Below are positions 30,447-39,361 of a DNA stretch of 64,000 nt, piece after piece. Source of the stretch: a virus. Positions within the stretch are counted from its first letter, which is position 1. The number at the start of each line of letters is the position of its first letter. The position numbers and the translations under genes were made by a program. Where the stretch lies: IMG/VR virus record IMGVR_UViG_3300032092_000004, positions 64,001 through 128,000 of that record; one strand, given 5' to 3'. A model generated the notes under the pieces. It made no database searches and was not told the origin of the DNA. It saw only the letters and a list, made by a program, of their open reading frames with translations.

Positions 30447-30596
30447 TTATCTTCTGTAATATTTGTTAATGATTTTTTTTACCGACTCTTGAACGTTAGT
30501 ATTATTTTGAGTGGTATTAGCACCTTGTTGTGTTTGAGTTTGTGTTTGTGTTTGAGGTTGTTGTGCCTGTTGCTTGTTTTTACATCCGCAGCCCAT
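30447..30596 (-). CDS. small MGCGCK peptide (not in ORF track)
   Basis: MGCGCKNKQQAQQPQTQ...VKKIINKYYRR; TATTTATA motif upstream on the minus strand. Confidence 0.6.
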   Translation of the reverse strand: MGCGCKNKQQAQQPQTQTQTQTQQGANTTQNNTNVQESVKKIINKYYRR

Positions 30597-30702
30597 AACT
30601 AAATGTTTTTATTGGTTTATTTATCTATAAATAGTATCTAAAACAAGTTTAATTCAGAATAAATAAAAATCAATTATTTTTATTTTGTTATATTTATAAA
30701 GT

Positions 30703-31908
30703 ATGAGAGACTTCATTAAAAATTTCTTATTAGAACAAGATGAGAATCTTGTCACACTAACTCCTGATCAATATACAGAAACATTAGAGGATGTTGGAGG
30801 TATTGCAGCAAGAGTTGCAAATCTCAAACCTTATCGTGGTAAGGGTATTGTTATTAATGGTGGTTTAGATCTTAGAAAATTTAAAAACATTGGTCCTTTA
30901 ACTGGCGTTGTTAGAGTTATGGGACGATTAGACATATCTAATACGAATATTTCAAATCTTGATGGAACTAAGGTAGATGGGTATGTTAGTAGTTGGGGTT
31001 CAACAATGCATACAAATAAATTAAAACAAGAAAGAAATAAAAAACTTTCAGAATTAGCCGATTATAGAGAAGATGATGAATGGAATATTGAAAATAATGA
31101 TGATGAATCTGAAAGAACTGAAGCGTTATATGAATTCTTAGTTGAAGAAGGTATTCCTACCTTATATGAAGACGACAATGGTGATGAAATAGAAGAAGAT
31201 AAATATTTTATTTATCCAAATGGTACTGGAAATCACGGTATTGGAAAACAATACGAATGGTTAGGTGGTGGAACTTTACAACCTGACACATATGATGTTT
31301 ATACTCAAGACGAGTTAGATGTTGCGGCTAAAAGATATGTTGAAAGATCGGTTGATGACATGGGTTATGATGCATTCTCAAGTTGGGTTTGGGATCAAGC
31401 GATTAATAAAGGAGAGTGGCAAAGTTGGTTAGATGATTTTTTTGAAGATATAGTTAGAGTTGATCCTGAACATTATGATATAGGACTTGAATTATCTAAA
31501 AATCAACAACATCAAGTTAATCAATTAACAAAAACTATAGAAAATCTAAATAATAGATTAGAAAAAGAGGAATTGTCTGACGAAGAATTCGAAAACATCG
31601 AAAGAAAAATTGAAGGTTTAGAAGAGACAATAGAAGACATCAAAGAAGATCCACAAGGTGGTTATGATGAAAGTTCTATACAGAATGAAATCAATGATAG
31701 AGTTAATGAATATGTTGATGATATTGATGAGTTTATCAAACATTACGGTTATGAAAGTAGTTTTATAATGGATTTTGTTGATTTAAATGAAGTAACTGAC
31801 ATTGTAGTTAATAGTGATGGGTATGGTAATTTATTAAACTCACATGATGGAGAAATGTTTGAAACAAAGGTAAATGACGATTGGTATTTTGTAATGAGAG
31901 CTGGTTAG
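30703..31908 (+). CDS. leader-bearing acidic protein with short LRR-like G.LD repeats
   Basis: FIKNFLLEQ; GGLDLR and GRLDISNT. Confidence 0.65.
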   Translation: MRDFIKNFLLEQDENLVTLTPDQYTETLEDVGGIAARVANLKPYRGKGIVINGGLDLRKFKNIGPLTGVVRVMGRLDISNTNISNLDGTKVDGYVSSWGSTMHTNKLKQERNKKLSELADYREDDEWNIENNDDESERTEALYEFLVEEGIPTLYEDDNGDEIEEDKYFIYPNGTGNHGIGKQYEWLGGGTLQPDTYDVYTQDELDVAAKRYVERSVDDMGYDAFSSWVWDQAINKGEWQSWLDDFFEDIVRVDPEHYDIGLELSKNQQHQVNQLTKTIENLNNRLEKEELSDEEFENIERKIEGLEETIEDIKEDPQGGYDESSIQNEINDRVNEYVDDIDEFIKHYGYESSFIMDFVDLNEVTDIVVNSDGYGNLLNSHDGEMFETKVNDDWYFVMRAG

Positions 31909-31948
31909 GTCTTTATTTGTTGAACAATATATCATATTTTTATTATGA

Positions 31949-32716
31949 ATGGCACGAAGAAAAAAAATAGAATTTTTGATGAACACCGATTGGATGTTTG
32001 AAAAACCTATTGATAGAGAATACAAAGAATACAAACTACTTTCTTATTTTCAAAAAATGGGAGATAAACTCGATAAGTTAGAGTTATACCCTGGTTTTAT
32101 TGAATTATCATTACACTTAATGAATATCCAAGCTCTTATGAGGGATAAGAAAATTGTCTACACGGATAAAAAATTAAATACCGTAGACGATGAAATTATG
32201 GTGAAGGATCTGAAAGTAAAAGACGCTCCGACCATGTCTATTGAAGAAAATGAAGAGTTTAGAAAAATTTTATCTTATTCAGCACCAAGAATCATGGAAT
32301 ACTTTAATGTAGCCAAGTCTGTTTGGACGATAGTATTTGATTCTTTGGATATGAAAATCAAAAGAAACAAAAAAAATATCTTACACCCAAAAGGGTATTT
32401 CTTTTATACTGAAACAGAAAGTAAAAAAACTTATGTGTGGGAGTACATTATAAAGAAAGAAACAAAAAGTAACCCACAAAGAATGGCGAATATAAATTTA
32501 ATTTATTTCGATGAGATCGGAGAGTTGACCATCCCAAATATAATATCTACATTTTCAACATACGAACCAAAAGACAAGAGAATGGGGCCAGTATTTCAAA
32601 TGTCATCAAACGGAATTTTTCCTGTTAATGAAACATTATTACCCCTCTTCAAAAGAAGAATTGCGGGACTCATATCACAAACAAAAAACCAAGAAGAAAA
32701 ACAAGAAACAGAATAA
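31949..32716 (+). CDS. hypothetical protein
   Basis: PID.EYK.Y.LL.Y and FP..ETLLP motifs. Confidence 0.65.
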   Translation: MARRKKIEFLMNTDWMFEKPIDREYKEYKLLSYFQKMGDKLDKLELYPGFIELSLHLMNIQALMRDKKIVYTDKKLNTVDDEIMVKDLKVKDAPTMSIEENEEFRKILSYSAPRIMEYFNVAKSVWTIVFDSLDMKIKRNKKNILHPKGYFFYTETESKKTYVWEYIIKKETKSNPQRMANINLIYFDEIGELTIPNIISTFSTYEPKDKRMGPVFQMSSNGIFPVNETLLPLFKRRIAGLISQTKNQEEKQETE

Positions 32717-32719
32717 GTT

Positions 32720-32902
32720 ATGGGATTTAATAAGAGAATTTTAAAGAAAGAAAACATTTTAAAAAACCTCCCAAACCTTATGACCTATTTGGACGCCGAT
32801 GCGATAATTTGTACCGACGATTTCTCACGCAAAGTTTATAGGATGTATAGTGAAGGTTTTACCGAAGAAGAAATAATAAATATAATAAATAAAATGAAAT
32901 GA
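32720..32902 (+). CDS. hypothetical protein
   Basis: MGFNKR start, coupled ORF. Confidence 0.55.
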   Translation: MGFNKRILKKENILKNLPNLMTYLDADAIICTDDFSRKVYRMYSEGFTEEEIINIINKMK

Positions 32903-33282
32903 AAGACATGATGACTTCTTTTGTGGATATGGATGGTTTAAGTGGAAAATACGGAACAATCTCTAATGATGAATTATTAAAAGAATATAGTGAGGAGGAA
33001 AATATGATGGATAATTTAAAAGTATGTTTATGTAATGGTACAGGACCTTGTCAGTGTACCTCACCAAAAGTAGAACAAGTAAATCATCCACAGCATTACG
33101 GAGGTAAAAATAATCCTTACGAAGCAATTAAAGTTATTGACGCTTGGGATTTAGGATTTAGTTTAGGAAATACAGTAAAATATATAAGCCGTGCAGGAAA
33201 AAAAGGAAAAGATAAAGAACTTGAGGACCTCAGAAAAGCACTCTGGTACCTCCAACACCACATCGAAACACTCGAAAAGTAA
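32899..33282 (+). CDS. DUF3310 family protein
   Basis: VNHPQHY, GNTVKYISRAGKK, EDLRKALWYL. Confidence 0.85.
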   Translation: MKDMMTSFVDMDGLSGKYGTISNDELLKEYSEEENMMDNLKVCLCNGTGPCQCTSPKVEQVNHPQHYGGKNNPYEAIKVIDAWDLGFSLGNTVKYISRAGKKGKDKELEDLRKALWYLQHHIETLEK

Positions 33283-33586
33283 CACAGGTTTTGATAAAGA
33301 GATCAGTGTTTGGGATGCTCTTACAACCCCAAATGAATTATTGAGAGAAACCCTAATTAACTTTATGTGGGGGTTTTTAGGTAACTCTATTGTTGTGTTT
33401 GCATCAAAAGAACTGGACTTTTTGGTCCTTATAAATTATATTACTTATTACATACTGATTTCTTACATTGTGAATAGAAAAAAATATGAAACTATGTTAG
33501 GTAAGTTCATTATTCTTCCTGGATCTGCAGCAGCAGGGGCATTCACAGGATATAAATTGGCTCAGATGATCTCAAATTTTATTTAA
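33191..33586 (+). CDS. membrane protein (start uncertain)
   Basis: three hydrophobic segments. Confidence 0.55.
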   Translation: MQEKKEKIKNLRTSEKHSGTSNTTSKHSKSNTGFDKEISVWDALTTPNELLRETLINFMWGFLGNSIVVFASKELDFLVLINYITYYILISYIVNRKKYETMLGKFIILPGSAAAGAFTGYKLAQMISNFI

Positions 33587-33588
33587 AA

Positions 33589-33738
33589 ATGGAAAAAGAT
33601 TGGAACCCAAATGACTTTCAAGGAAGATCAAAAGATCAAATGGAAAGAAACTATAGAATTTTTGCAATTCTAATTACATTATCGTGGTTAGTTGGGACTG
33701 GACTTGTTTCATTCAAATTAATTAGTTACATTTTTTAA
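33589..33738 (+). CDS. small membrane protein (not in ORF track)
   Basis: MEKDWNPNDFQGRSKDQMERNYRIFAILITL... Confidence 0.55.
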   Translation: MEKDWNPNDFQGRSKDQMERNYRIFAILITLSWLVGTGLVSFKLISYIF

Positions 33739-33749
33739 TCTATAATAAT

Positions 33750-34280
33750 ATGAAATATTACAAAATTACAATCGGAGGTAAAGGAGCTGAAGTTTACCCA
33801 TTTCAATTAAACACAAAACAATATGAAGCACTAAGAGATGGTGGAGTTGAACATGATGAATTGGATCACGATCAGATCTCTGAAATTTTGGGGGTTGATA
33901 CTTTTTTTGATTCACCAAACGAATCTATTATGGGACCATATCCCGACGCATTCTTTGTGAGAGTTGAGGACGAGGAAGGGAATGTTGTTTATCAAAGTGA
34001 GGAACTTGATAACGAAAAAAGTGATTACGAAGAACAATATTGTGGTGAGGTTGCTTACCTAATCATCGAAGACTATTGCAAGGGAGAACATCTTGTTTAT
34101 GATATTCCATTAGAAGAGGACTTCGAGATCGATAAGTTAAGATTCAAAGTCGATGACATTGGATGTAGAGTTGAGGTAGTAAGTGGTATACTATACGAAG
34201 AAAAAGAATACACTATATATAAATCATTTGGTGATACATCCAGTAAAGGATACTACTACCATTTAACCGCAGGAATTTAA
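33750..34280 (+). CDS. hypothetical protein
   Basis: ORF. Confidence 0.65.
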   Translation: MKYYKITIGGKGAEVYPFQLNTKQYEALRDGGVEHDELDHDQISEILGVDTFFDSPNESIMGPYPDAFFVRVEDEEGNVVYQSEELDNEKSDYEEQYCGEVAYLIIEDYCKGEHLVYDIPLEEDFEIDKLRFKVDDIGCRVEVVSGILYEEKEYTIYKSFGDTSSKGYYYHLTAGI

Positions 34281-34283
34281 ATA

Positions 34284-35135
34284 ATGATAGAAACAGGAAA
34301 AATAATTAATGGAGATTGTATTGAGGTGATGAAGACATTACCTGAAGGATCTGTGGATTTAATCGTAACGTCTCCACCCTACGGAGTTGGGATTGCTTAC
34401 GATGTTCACGAAGATGACGTTGAGTTTAACGAGTATGTGGAGTTTGCAAAGTCTTGGTTATCTGAGGCCTATCGACTATTAAAAGATGATGGAAGAATTG
34501 CTCTTAACATTCCTTACGAAATTAATAGACAGAAAAAAGGTGGACGTATTTTCTTTGTGTCGGAGATGTGGCAAATCATGAAAGAAATTGGTTATGGTTT
34601 CTTTGGTATTGTTGATCTTGAAGAACAATCACCACACAGAAGTAAAACCACTGCTTGGGGATCTTGGATGAGTCCAAGTTCACCGTACATTTATAACCCA
34701 AAAGAATGTGTCATTTTGGCATACAAAAATAAACACATTAAAAAAATCAAAGGTCAACCACAATGGACTGGAGAATTAACTGAAATTGAAAATGAAGATG
34801 GTTCAAAAAGGAACAAAATGGTCTATGACGAGAATGATAAAAAAGAATTTATGGAACTTGTGTTTGGTCAGTGGAATTACTTTGCAGATACTAAATCACT
34901 CACCAAGGCAACTTTCTCGATGGACATACCAACTAAAGCGATTAAAATATTATCCTACAAAAACGATGTAGTTTTAGATCCATTTGCGGGTTCAGGAACT
35001 AGTTTAGTGGCCGCTGAGATATTGGATAGAAGATGGTTAGGAATTGAATTATCACCAAACTATTGTGACGTTGCAAGAGGGAGAGTTCAATCTTTTGTTG
35101 ATGAAAAAACAAAAGTAAAAATTGAAAGTGAGTGA
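34284..35135 (+). CDS. beta-class N4-C/N6-A DNA methyltransferase
   Basis: VTSPPY before DPFAGSGT; GIEL. Confidence 0.9.
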   Translation: MIETGKIINGDCIEVMKTLPEGSVDLIVTSPPYGVGIAYDVHEDDVEFNEYVEFAKSWLSEAYRLLKDDGRIALNIPYEINRQKKGGRIFFVSEMWQIMKEIGYGFFGIVDLEEQSPHRSKTTAWGSWMSPSSPYIYNPKECVILAYKNKHIKKIKGQPQWTGELTEIENEDGSKRNKMVYDENDKKEFMELVFGQWNYFADTKSLTKATFSMDIPTKAIKILSYKNDVVLDPFAGSGTSLVAAEILDRRWLGIELSPNYCDVARGRVQSFVDEKTKVKIESE

Positions 35136-35147
35136 TATTTATATCAT

Positions 35148-35336
35148 ATGAAAAATTATTTAATCAACGAAAAACAACTTAAGAGAATTCTTGAACAAGT
35201 TGAGGACGAAGAAAACGATCCTAAAGATGAGGAAACTAATGATGAAAATGTAAGTAGTGGTTTTTTTGATGATATCACAAAAAAACCTATAGATAGTAGT
35301 GATCCTTTAAAGATTTTTTTTGATTCTTTAAATTAA
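35148..35336 (+). CDS. short leader-bearing protein
   Basis: MKNYLINEKQLKRILEQ; TATTTATA 4 nt upstream. Confidence 0.6.
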   Translation: MKNYLINEKQLKRILEQVEDEENDPKDEETNDENVSSGFFDDITKKPIDSSDPLKIFFDSLN

Positions 35337-35672
35337 TTCAATTAAATCTTCTTCTTTAATATTGTATTTTTTACAAGTATTAGAAGGTAATTCTAAGATC
35401 ATATCTCCTTCACCAGAATAGTGTTCGCAATCATCAGAATGACAAGGTTTACAATTGTGATGTATTTTTGTTATTTTATTACCATTTATAAAAACAATAT
35501 CTAAAGGTATAATACAGTTTTTCATCCAAAAAGAATGTGGTTCATTTTTCATTAGAAACAACATACCGTCAAATGTATCATCGAATTTTTTATTCATCAT
35601 ACCTTGTTGAGTGTCTTTATCAGTAAAAACAGTTTTTAGGTTAAAAAGATTATTATTTATTTTTGCCTTCAT
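35328..35672 (-). CDS. DUF192 family protein
   Basis: GMLF, FWMKNCIIPLDIVF, ILELP. Confidence 0.88.
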   Translation of the reverse strand: MKAKINNNLFNLKTVFTDKDTQQGMMNKKFDDTFDGMLFLMKNEPHSFWMKNCIIPLDIVFINGNKITKIHHNCKPCHSDDCEHYSGEGDMILELPSNTCKKYNIKEEDLIELI

Positions 35673-35684
35673 ATTTATAAATAT
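35671..35684. promoter_or_regulatory. palindromic bidirectional TATTTATA promoter candidate
   Basis: perfect palindrome ATATTTATAAATAT between divergent start codons. Confidence 0.55.
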
Positions 35685-35686
35685 CT

Positions 35687-36103
35687 ATGAAAAAGTTTAG
35701 AAGAAGTTCTGGTGTTATTTTAAAACATGGTGATGAAGTTTTACTTTGTAAAAGATCACCAAAAGAAACATTACCAAATATTTGGTCCATACCCGGAGGA
35801 GGTATCGAAAATGGTGAAACGCCAGGTCAAGCGGCAATAAGAGAATTCCATGAAGAGACAAATATTGAAATTGGAACAGACTTGGACCTTGTCGGTATAA
35901 TTGATAACTTCAATGACGACGGTACCAAAAGAGGAATGATGTTTGTTTTTTTACAAAACATTGAAGAAAAAAAAGAACCTGACTTATCTGAAGCTTCACA
36001 TGGACACGAACACACGTCTTGTAAATATTTTAAATCTGAAGATATTCCTGAACAGAAAGGGAGTGAACAACTTTACAAAATTTTAAAAAAAGTTTTTAAA
36101 TAG
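35687..36103 (+). CDS. Nudix hydrolase
   Basis: GGIENGETPGQAAIREFHEETNI Nudix box. Confidence 0.9.
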   Translation: MKKFRRSSGVILKHGDEVLLCKRSPKETLPNIWSIPGGGIENGETPGQAAIREFHEETNIEIGTDLDLVGIIDNFNDDGTKRGMMFVFLQNIEEKKEPDLSEASHGHEHTSCKYFKSEDIPEQKGSEQLYKILKKVFK

Positions 36104-36149
36104 TAGTTTGGAACAAAAATTTTTATTATATTTGTAGAAATAATTAGAG

Positions 36150-36425
36150 ATGATAAAGACGACCTTAAACCATAACATTAAAATCATGAACGAAAAATTC
36201 GGAACTTTGCTTTCTGAATCATTCGTAGACCCAATCCAATTTAAGATCTTCTTAAAGATGGTAGATGGAGCATTAAATTTAGGTGAGGATTTATCTTACT
36301 TTGATGGTAATACCTTCTTGGTTCACATACCAAATAAGATCCTAAAAGAATCTGTTATTTTAACAAACACAACTGAGATTAGTTTGGTAGAACAAGTTAG
36401 AAACAAAATTGAAAGTTTAGTATGA
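36150..36425 (+). CDS. hypothetical protein
   Basis: ORF after TATATTTG at 36127. Confidence 0.6.
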   Translation: MIKTTLNHNIKIMNEKFGTLLSESFVDPIQFKIFLKMVDGALNLGEDLSYFDGNTFLVHIPNKILKESVILTNTTEISLVEQVRNKIESLV

Positions 36426-36859
36426 TGAAGTCATTTGTAGTTTTTTTATTAAGTAACATTTTATTAACTTCTTGTTATAAAGAAGATATTAAACCTCAAC
36501 AACCATTGAGTCCTCAACCGATAATTACTGACTCAACTTTAGTTGATACTACATTATCATTGGCGGGACAAACTTGGGTTATCAAAAAAGTTTTAAACAC
36601 TGATTTTGATGACGACTTAAGATCTGACACTTTAATTTTTATTGATGTTGATGACTACACTTTTAACGGTTATCCATCTAAATATAAATTAACAACAACA
36701 TCAACCACATATAATTTAACGTTATATGATACGCCTTGGGGTAACATTAGTGGAAATTTAATTAACTTTAATATTGTATCAGGTACAATAGAGAGTAAGA
36801 CATTCAATGATATACTTGGTATATACGGTGAGACAAAAATATGGATGTATAGATTATAG
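36422..36859 (+). CDS. lipoprotein
   Basis: LLTSC lipobox. Confidence 0.7.
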   Translation: MMKSFVVFLLSNILLTSCYKEDIKPQQPLSPQPIITDSTLVDTTLSLAGQTWVIKKVLNTDFDDDLRSDTLIFIDVDDYTFNGYPSKYKLTTTSTTYNLTLYDTPWGNISGNLINFNIVSGTIESKTFNDILGIYGETKIWMYRL

Positions 36860-36914
36860 TTTCCTTGTTCTATAAAAATAAGGTGGTGGAGAAACTGACA
36901 TTCAATGTCGGTCC
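36858..36914 (+). ncRNA. candidate small structured RNA
   Basis: AGTTTC/GAAACT encloses CTTGTT/AATAAG; GACAT/ATGTC hairpin. Confidence 0.3.
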
Positions 36915-36920
36915 TAAAAT

Positions 36921-36948
36921 AAAAGGTGAGGCTTTCTCACCTTTTTTT
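36921..36948 (+). terminator. intrinsic terminator
   Basis: AAAAGGTGAG-GCTTT-CTCACCTTTT followed by T run. Confidence 0.8.
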
Positions 36949-36982
36949 ATTTTTCATATATTTATATAATAAAAAATTTGAT

Positions 36983-37945
36983 ATGAAAAATAAATTTATT
37001 TTAACAGAGGAAGAATCTAAAAGAATTCTTTCTTTACACAAACAAAAAATCCAAGAAGAAAGAGAAAATATAGAAGAATATTCAGATCAAGGTCAGTCAG
37101 CAACTAGAATTGGAGGATCATTAGCTGCTGGCGCTGGAGTAGGTGCTGGTGTAGGTACAATCATTGCACCAGGTGTTGGAACAGTTGTTGGTGCAATTAT
37201 TGGTGCTGGTGTTGGGGCATTAACAGGTTGGGCAACAACAGGAGGTGGATATTATGAAAGAGTTGCTAAAGCATTCAAATTTTGTCGTGATAATAGAAAA
37301 TATATGGGTAAACCTGTAAACTCACCTGAAAAACTCCAAGACATTGCAGACTTTATAAGATCTGCAGTTACTGGTTTAGGTACTGATGAAGTTTTAATTG
37401 CAAAAAATTTAAGAAAATTAAAAACAATTCCTGATTTTTGTGCTTTAAGTAAAATTTATAATGAAAGATTTACTGAAACTTTATTCGATGCTTTGGACGG
37501 TGATATAGATCAAGATAATGAATGGAGAGATTATGTTTGGTTACCAATTTCTGAATTGGCAAAAAATACAAAAAAAGTTAGCGAAGATAAGTTAAAAGAA
37601 AACGCTAAAAAATGCGGTTGGGGAACTGACATTAATGGTTATAGAAATTCAGGATGGCAATGTCCTAAAGGAGGAAAACCAACACCAAATCCTATTCCTA
37701 ACCCTAATCCAAACCCTAATCCAAACCCTAACCCAAATCCTAATCCAAACCCAAGAAGAAAAAGATATTATTTCAATTACCAAGATGCGTTAAACGCATT
37801 GAATAAAAAAGGATGTCCTACCGGAGGTGGTGGTGAAGAAGGTAAAAAAGAAGATGGTTTTGCCGATGATTGGAGAGTACCTCAAGCAGATCAAAAAGTT
37901 GATCCTGTAGTTTCATCTGACGATTTTTCAAATTGGTCTAAATAA
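36983..37945 (+). CDS. leader, glycine zipper, annexin-like repeat and (PN)n protein
   Basis: FILTEEESKRILSLH; GAGVGAGVG..GAIIGAGVG; AVTGLGTDEVLI. Confidence 0.65.
   Translation: MKNKFILTEEESKRILSLHKQKIQEERENIEEYSDQGQSATRIGGSLAAGAGVGAGVGTIIAPGVGTVVGAIIGAGVGALTGWATTGGGYYERVAKAFKFCRDNRKYMGKPVNSPEKLQDIADFIRSAVTGLGTDEVLIAKNLRKLKTIPDFCALSKIYNERFTETLFDALDGDIDQDNEWRDYVWLPISELAKNTKKVSEDKLKENAKKCGWGTDINGYRNSGWQCPKGGKPTPNPIPNPNPNPNPNPNPNPNPNPRRKRYYFNYQDALNALNKKGCPTGGGGEEGKKEDGFADDWRVPQADQKVDPVVSSDDFSNWSK
37685..37753 (+). repeat. coding hexanucleotide repeat (Pro-Asn)n
   Basis: about 11 CCnAAy units. Confidence 0.85.
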
Positions 37946-37961
37946 AAAAAAACAAATAACT

Positions 37962-38186
37962 ATGAGCAAGATTAAATTAACAGAAAGTCAATACAACAAA
38001 TTAAAAAATAATATTGTTGAATCCGCATTAATTACTGAAGCATCGAATACAAGAGAAGAGGTGATGACAGTTCAAAAAGCATTAAATAAATGCTTTAAAG
38101 CTGGTTTAGCTGAAGACGGAATTTGTGGAAAGAATACAAAATCTGCAATTGAGAGATACTTAGGAATTCCGGTTATGGAAGTTTAA
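37962..38186 (+). CDS. leader plus peptidoglycan-binding domain protein
   Basis: IKLTESQY leader; VQKALN...LAEDGICGKNTKSAI. Confidence 0.7.
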   Translation: MSKIKLTESQYNKLKNNIVESALITEASNTREEVMTVQKALNKCFKAGLAEDGICGKNTKSAIERYLGIPVMEV

Positions 38187-38209
38187 GTTTAGTATCCTAT
38201 AAAAATAAT

Positions 38210-38234
38210 AAAGGGAGTTAAACTCCCTTTTTTT
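38210..38234 (+). terminator. intrinsic terminator
   Basis: AAAGGGAGTT-A-AACTCCCTTT followed by T run. Confidence 0.75.
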
Positions 38235-38262
38235 ATGCAATTTTTTTTCATATCTTTGTATT

Positions 38263-38682
38263 ATGGAAAAAGTATTATATATCGTTAGAGGAATACCGGG
38301 TAGTGGAAAATCCACATTGGCAAAAAGATTGGTTGGTGAAGATTTTTTGGTTTGCGAAGCCGATAAATATTTTATCAATGAAGAAAATGGTAAATATGAA
38401 TTCGATATTTCAAAAATAAGAGACGCTCATAAATGGTGTCAAAATTTAGTTGAAACTTACATGAGGGATAGTCTAATTAATGACCAGTATTATCGTGAAA
38501 TTGCGGTATCCAACACATTTACACAGGAATGGGAAATGGAACCGTATTTTGAATTGGCTAAAAAATATGGGTATAAAGTATTTTGTGTTGTTGTTGAAAA
38601 TAGACATGGTGGTAAAAATCAACATGATGTTCCTGAAGAAAAGATTGAGTTAATGAAAGAAAGATTTGAAATAAAATTATAA
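38263..38682 (+). CDS. polynucleotide kinase-like P-loop protein (AAA_33)
   Basis: RGIPGSGKS, EAD.YF, VSNTF, HDVP. Confidence 0.8.
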   Translation: MEKVLYIVRGIPGSGKSTLAKRLVGEDFLVCEADKYFINEENGKYEFDISKIRDAHKWCQNLVETYMRDSLINDQYYREIAVSNTFTQEWEMEPYFELAKKYGYKVFCVVVENRHGGKNQHDVPEEKIELMKERFEIKL

Positions 38683-39335
38683 TGAAGTTTGATAAAATAT
38701 TAACAACAGGTAAAGTGTGGGTTACATCGGATCCACACTATAACCACAAAAATATTTGTAGGGGAGTCACCAATTGGCGAACAAAAGATGGACTTGTACC
38801 TGATTTGTCAACAAGGGATTTCCCAACATTAGAACTAATGAACTCAACATTAGTAGAAAATATCAATGCAAAAGTTGGTCAGGATGATACTTTAATTATT
38901 TTGGGTGATGTGGCTTTTGGCGGATTTGAAAATATTGGAATTTTCTTAAACAGATTGGTATGTAAAAACATTCACTTGGTTCTTGGGAATCACGATCACC
39001 ACATTAGAAACAACAGAGATAACATCAAAGATATGTTTATATCTGTTAGTGATTACTTACAGGTTAATATTTTTGGGGTTGACTTTGTAATGACTCACTA
39101 CCCATTTGAAAGTTGGAATGGTCTTAACAAAGGTGTTATTCACCTTCACGGACACGTTCATTTACCTATGAATAAAAAGTGGGGTAAAGGTAAACGATTG
39201 GATGTTGGTGTTGATGGAAACAACTTACAACCGTATAGTATTACTGAGATTGTTCACATGATGGACAAACGAGAAATTGCATCTCAGATGGACGATGATC
39301 ACCATTTAGACGATTTAGTTGGGGTTGTAGGATAA
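38682..39335 (+). CDS. calcineurin-like metallophosphoesterase
   Basis: SDPH, LGD, GNHD, HYP, HGHVH, DVGVD. Confidence 0.88.
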   Translation: MKFDKILTTGKVWVTSDPHYNHKNICRGVTNWRTKDGLVPDLSTRDFPTLELMNSTLVENINAKVGQDDTLIILGDVAFGGFENIGIFLNRLVCKNIHLVLGNHDHHIRNNRDNIKDMFISVSDYLQVNIFGVDFVMTHYPFESWNGLNKGVIHLHGHVHLPMNKKWGKGKRLDVGVDGNNLQPYSITEIVHMMDKREIASQMDDDHHLDDLVGVVG

Positions 39336-39361
39336 ACTACAACTCCAACATATTTATTGTT

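Noticed and set aside
16292-35135. Restriction-modification systems
   Set aside because: No recognisable endonuclease lies beside either methyltransferase; they are treated as orphan protective methylases.
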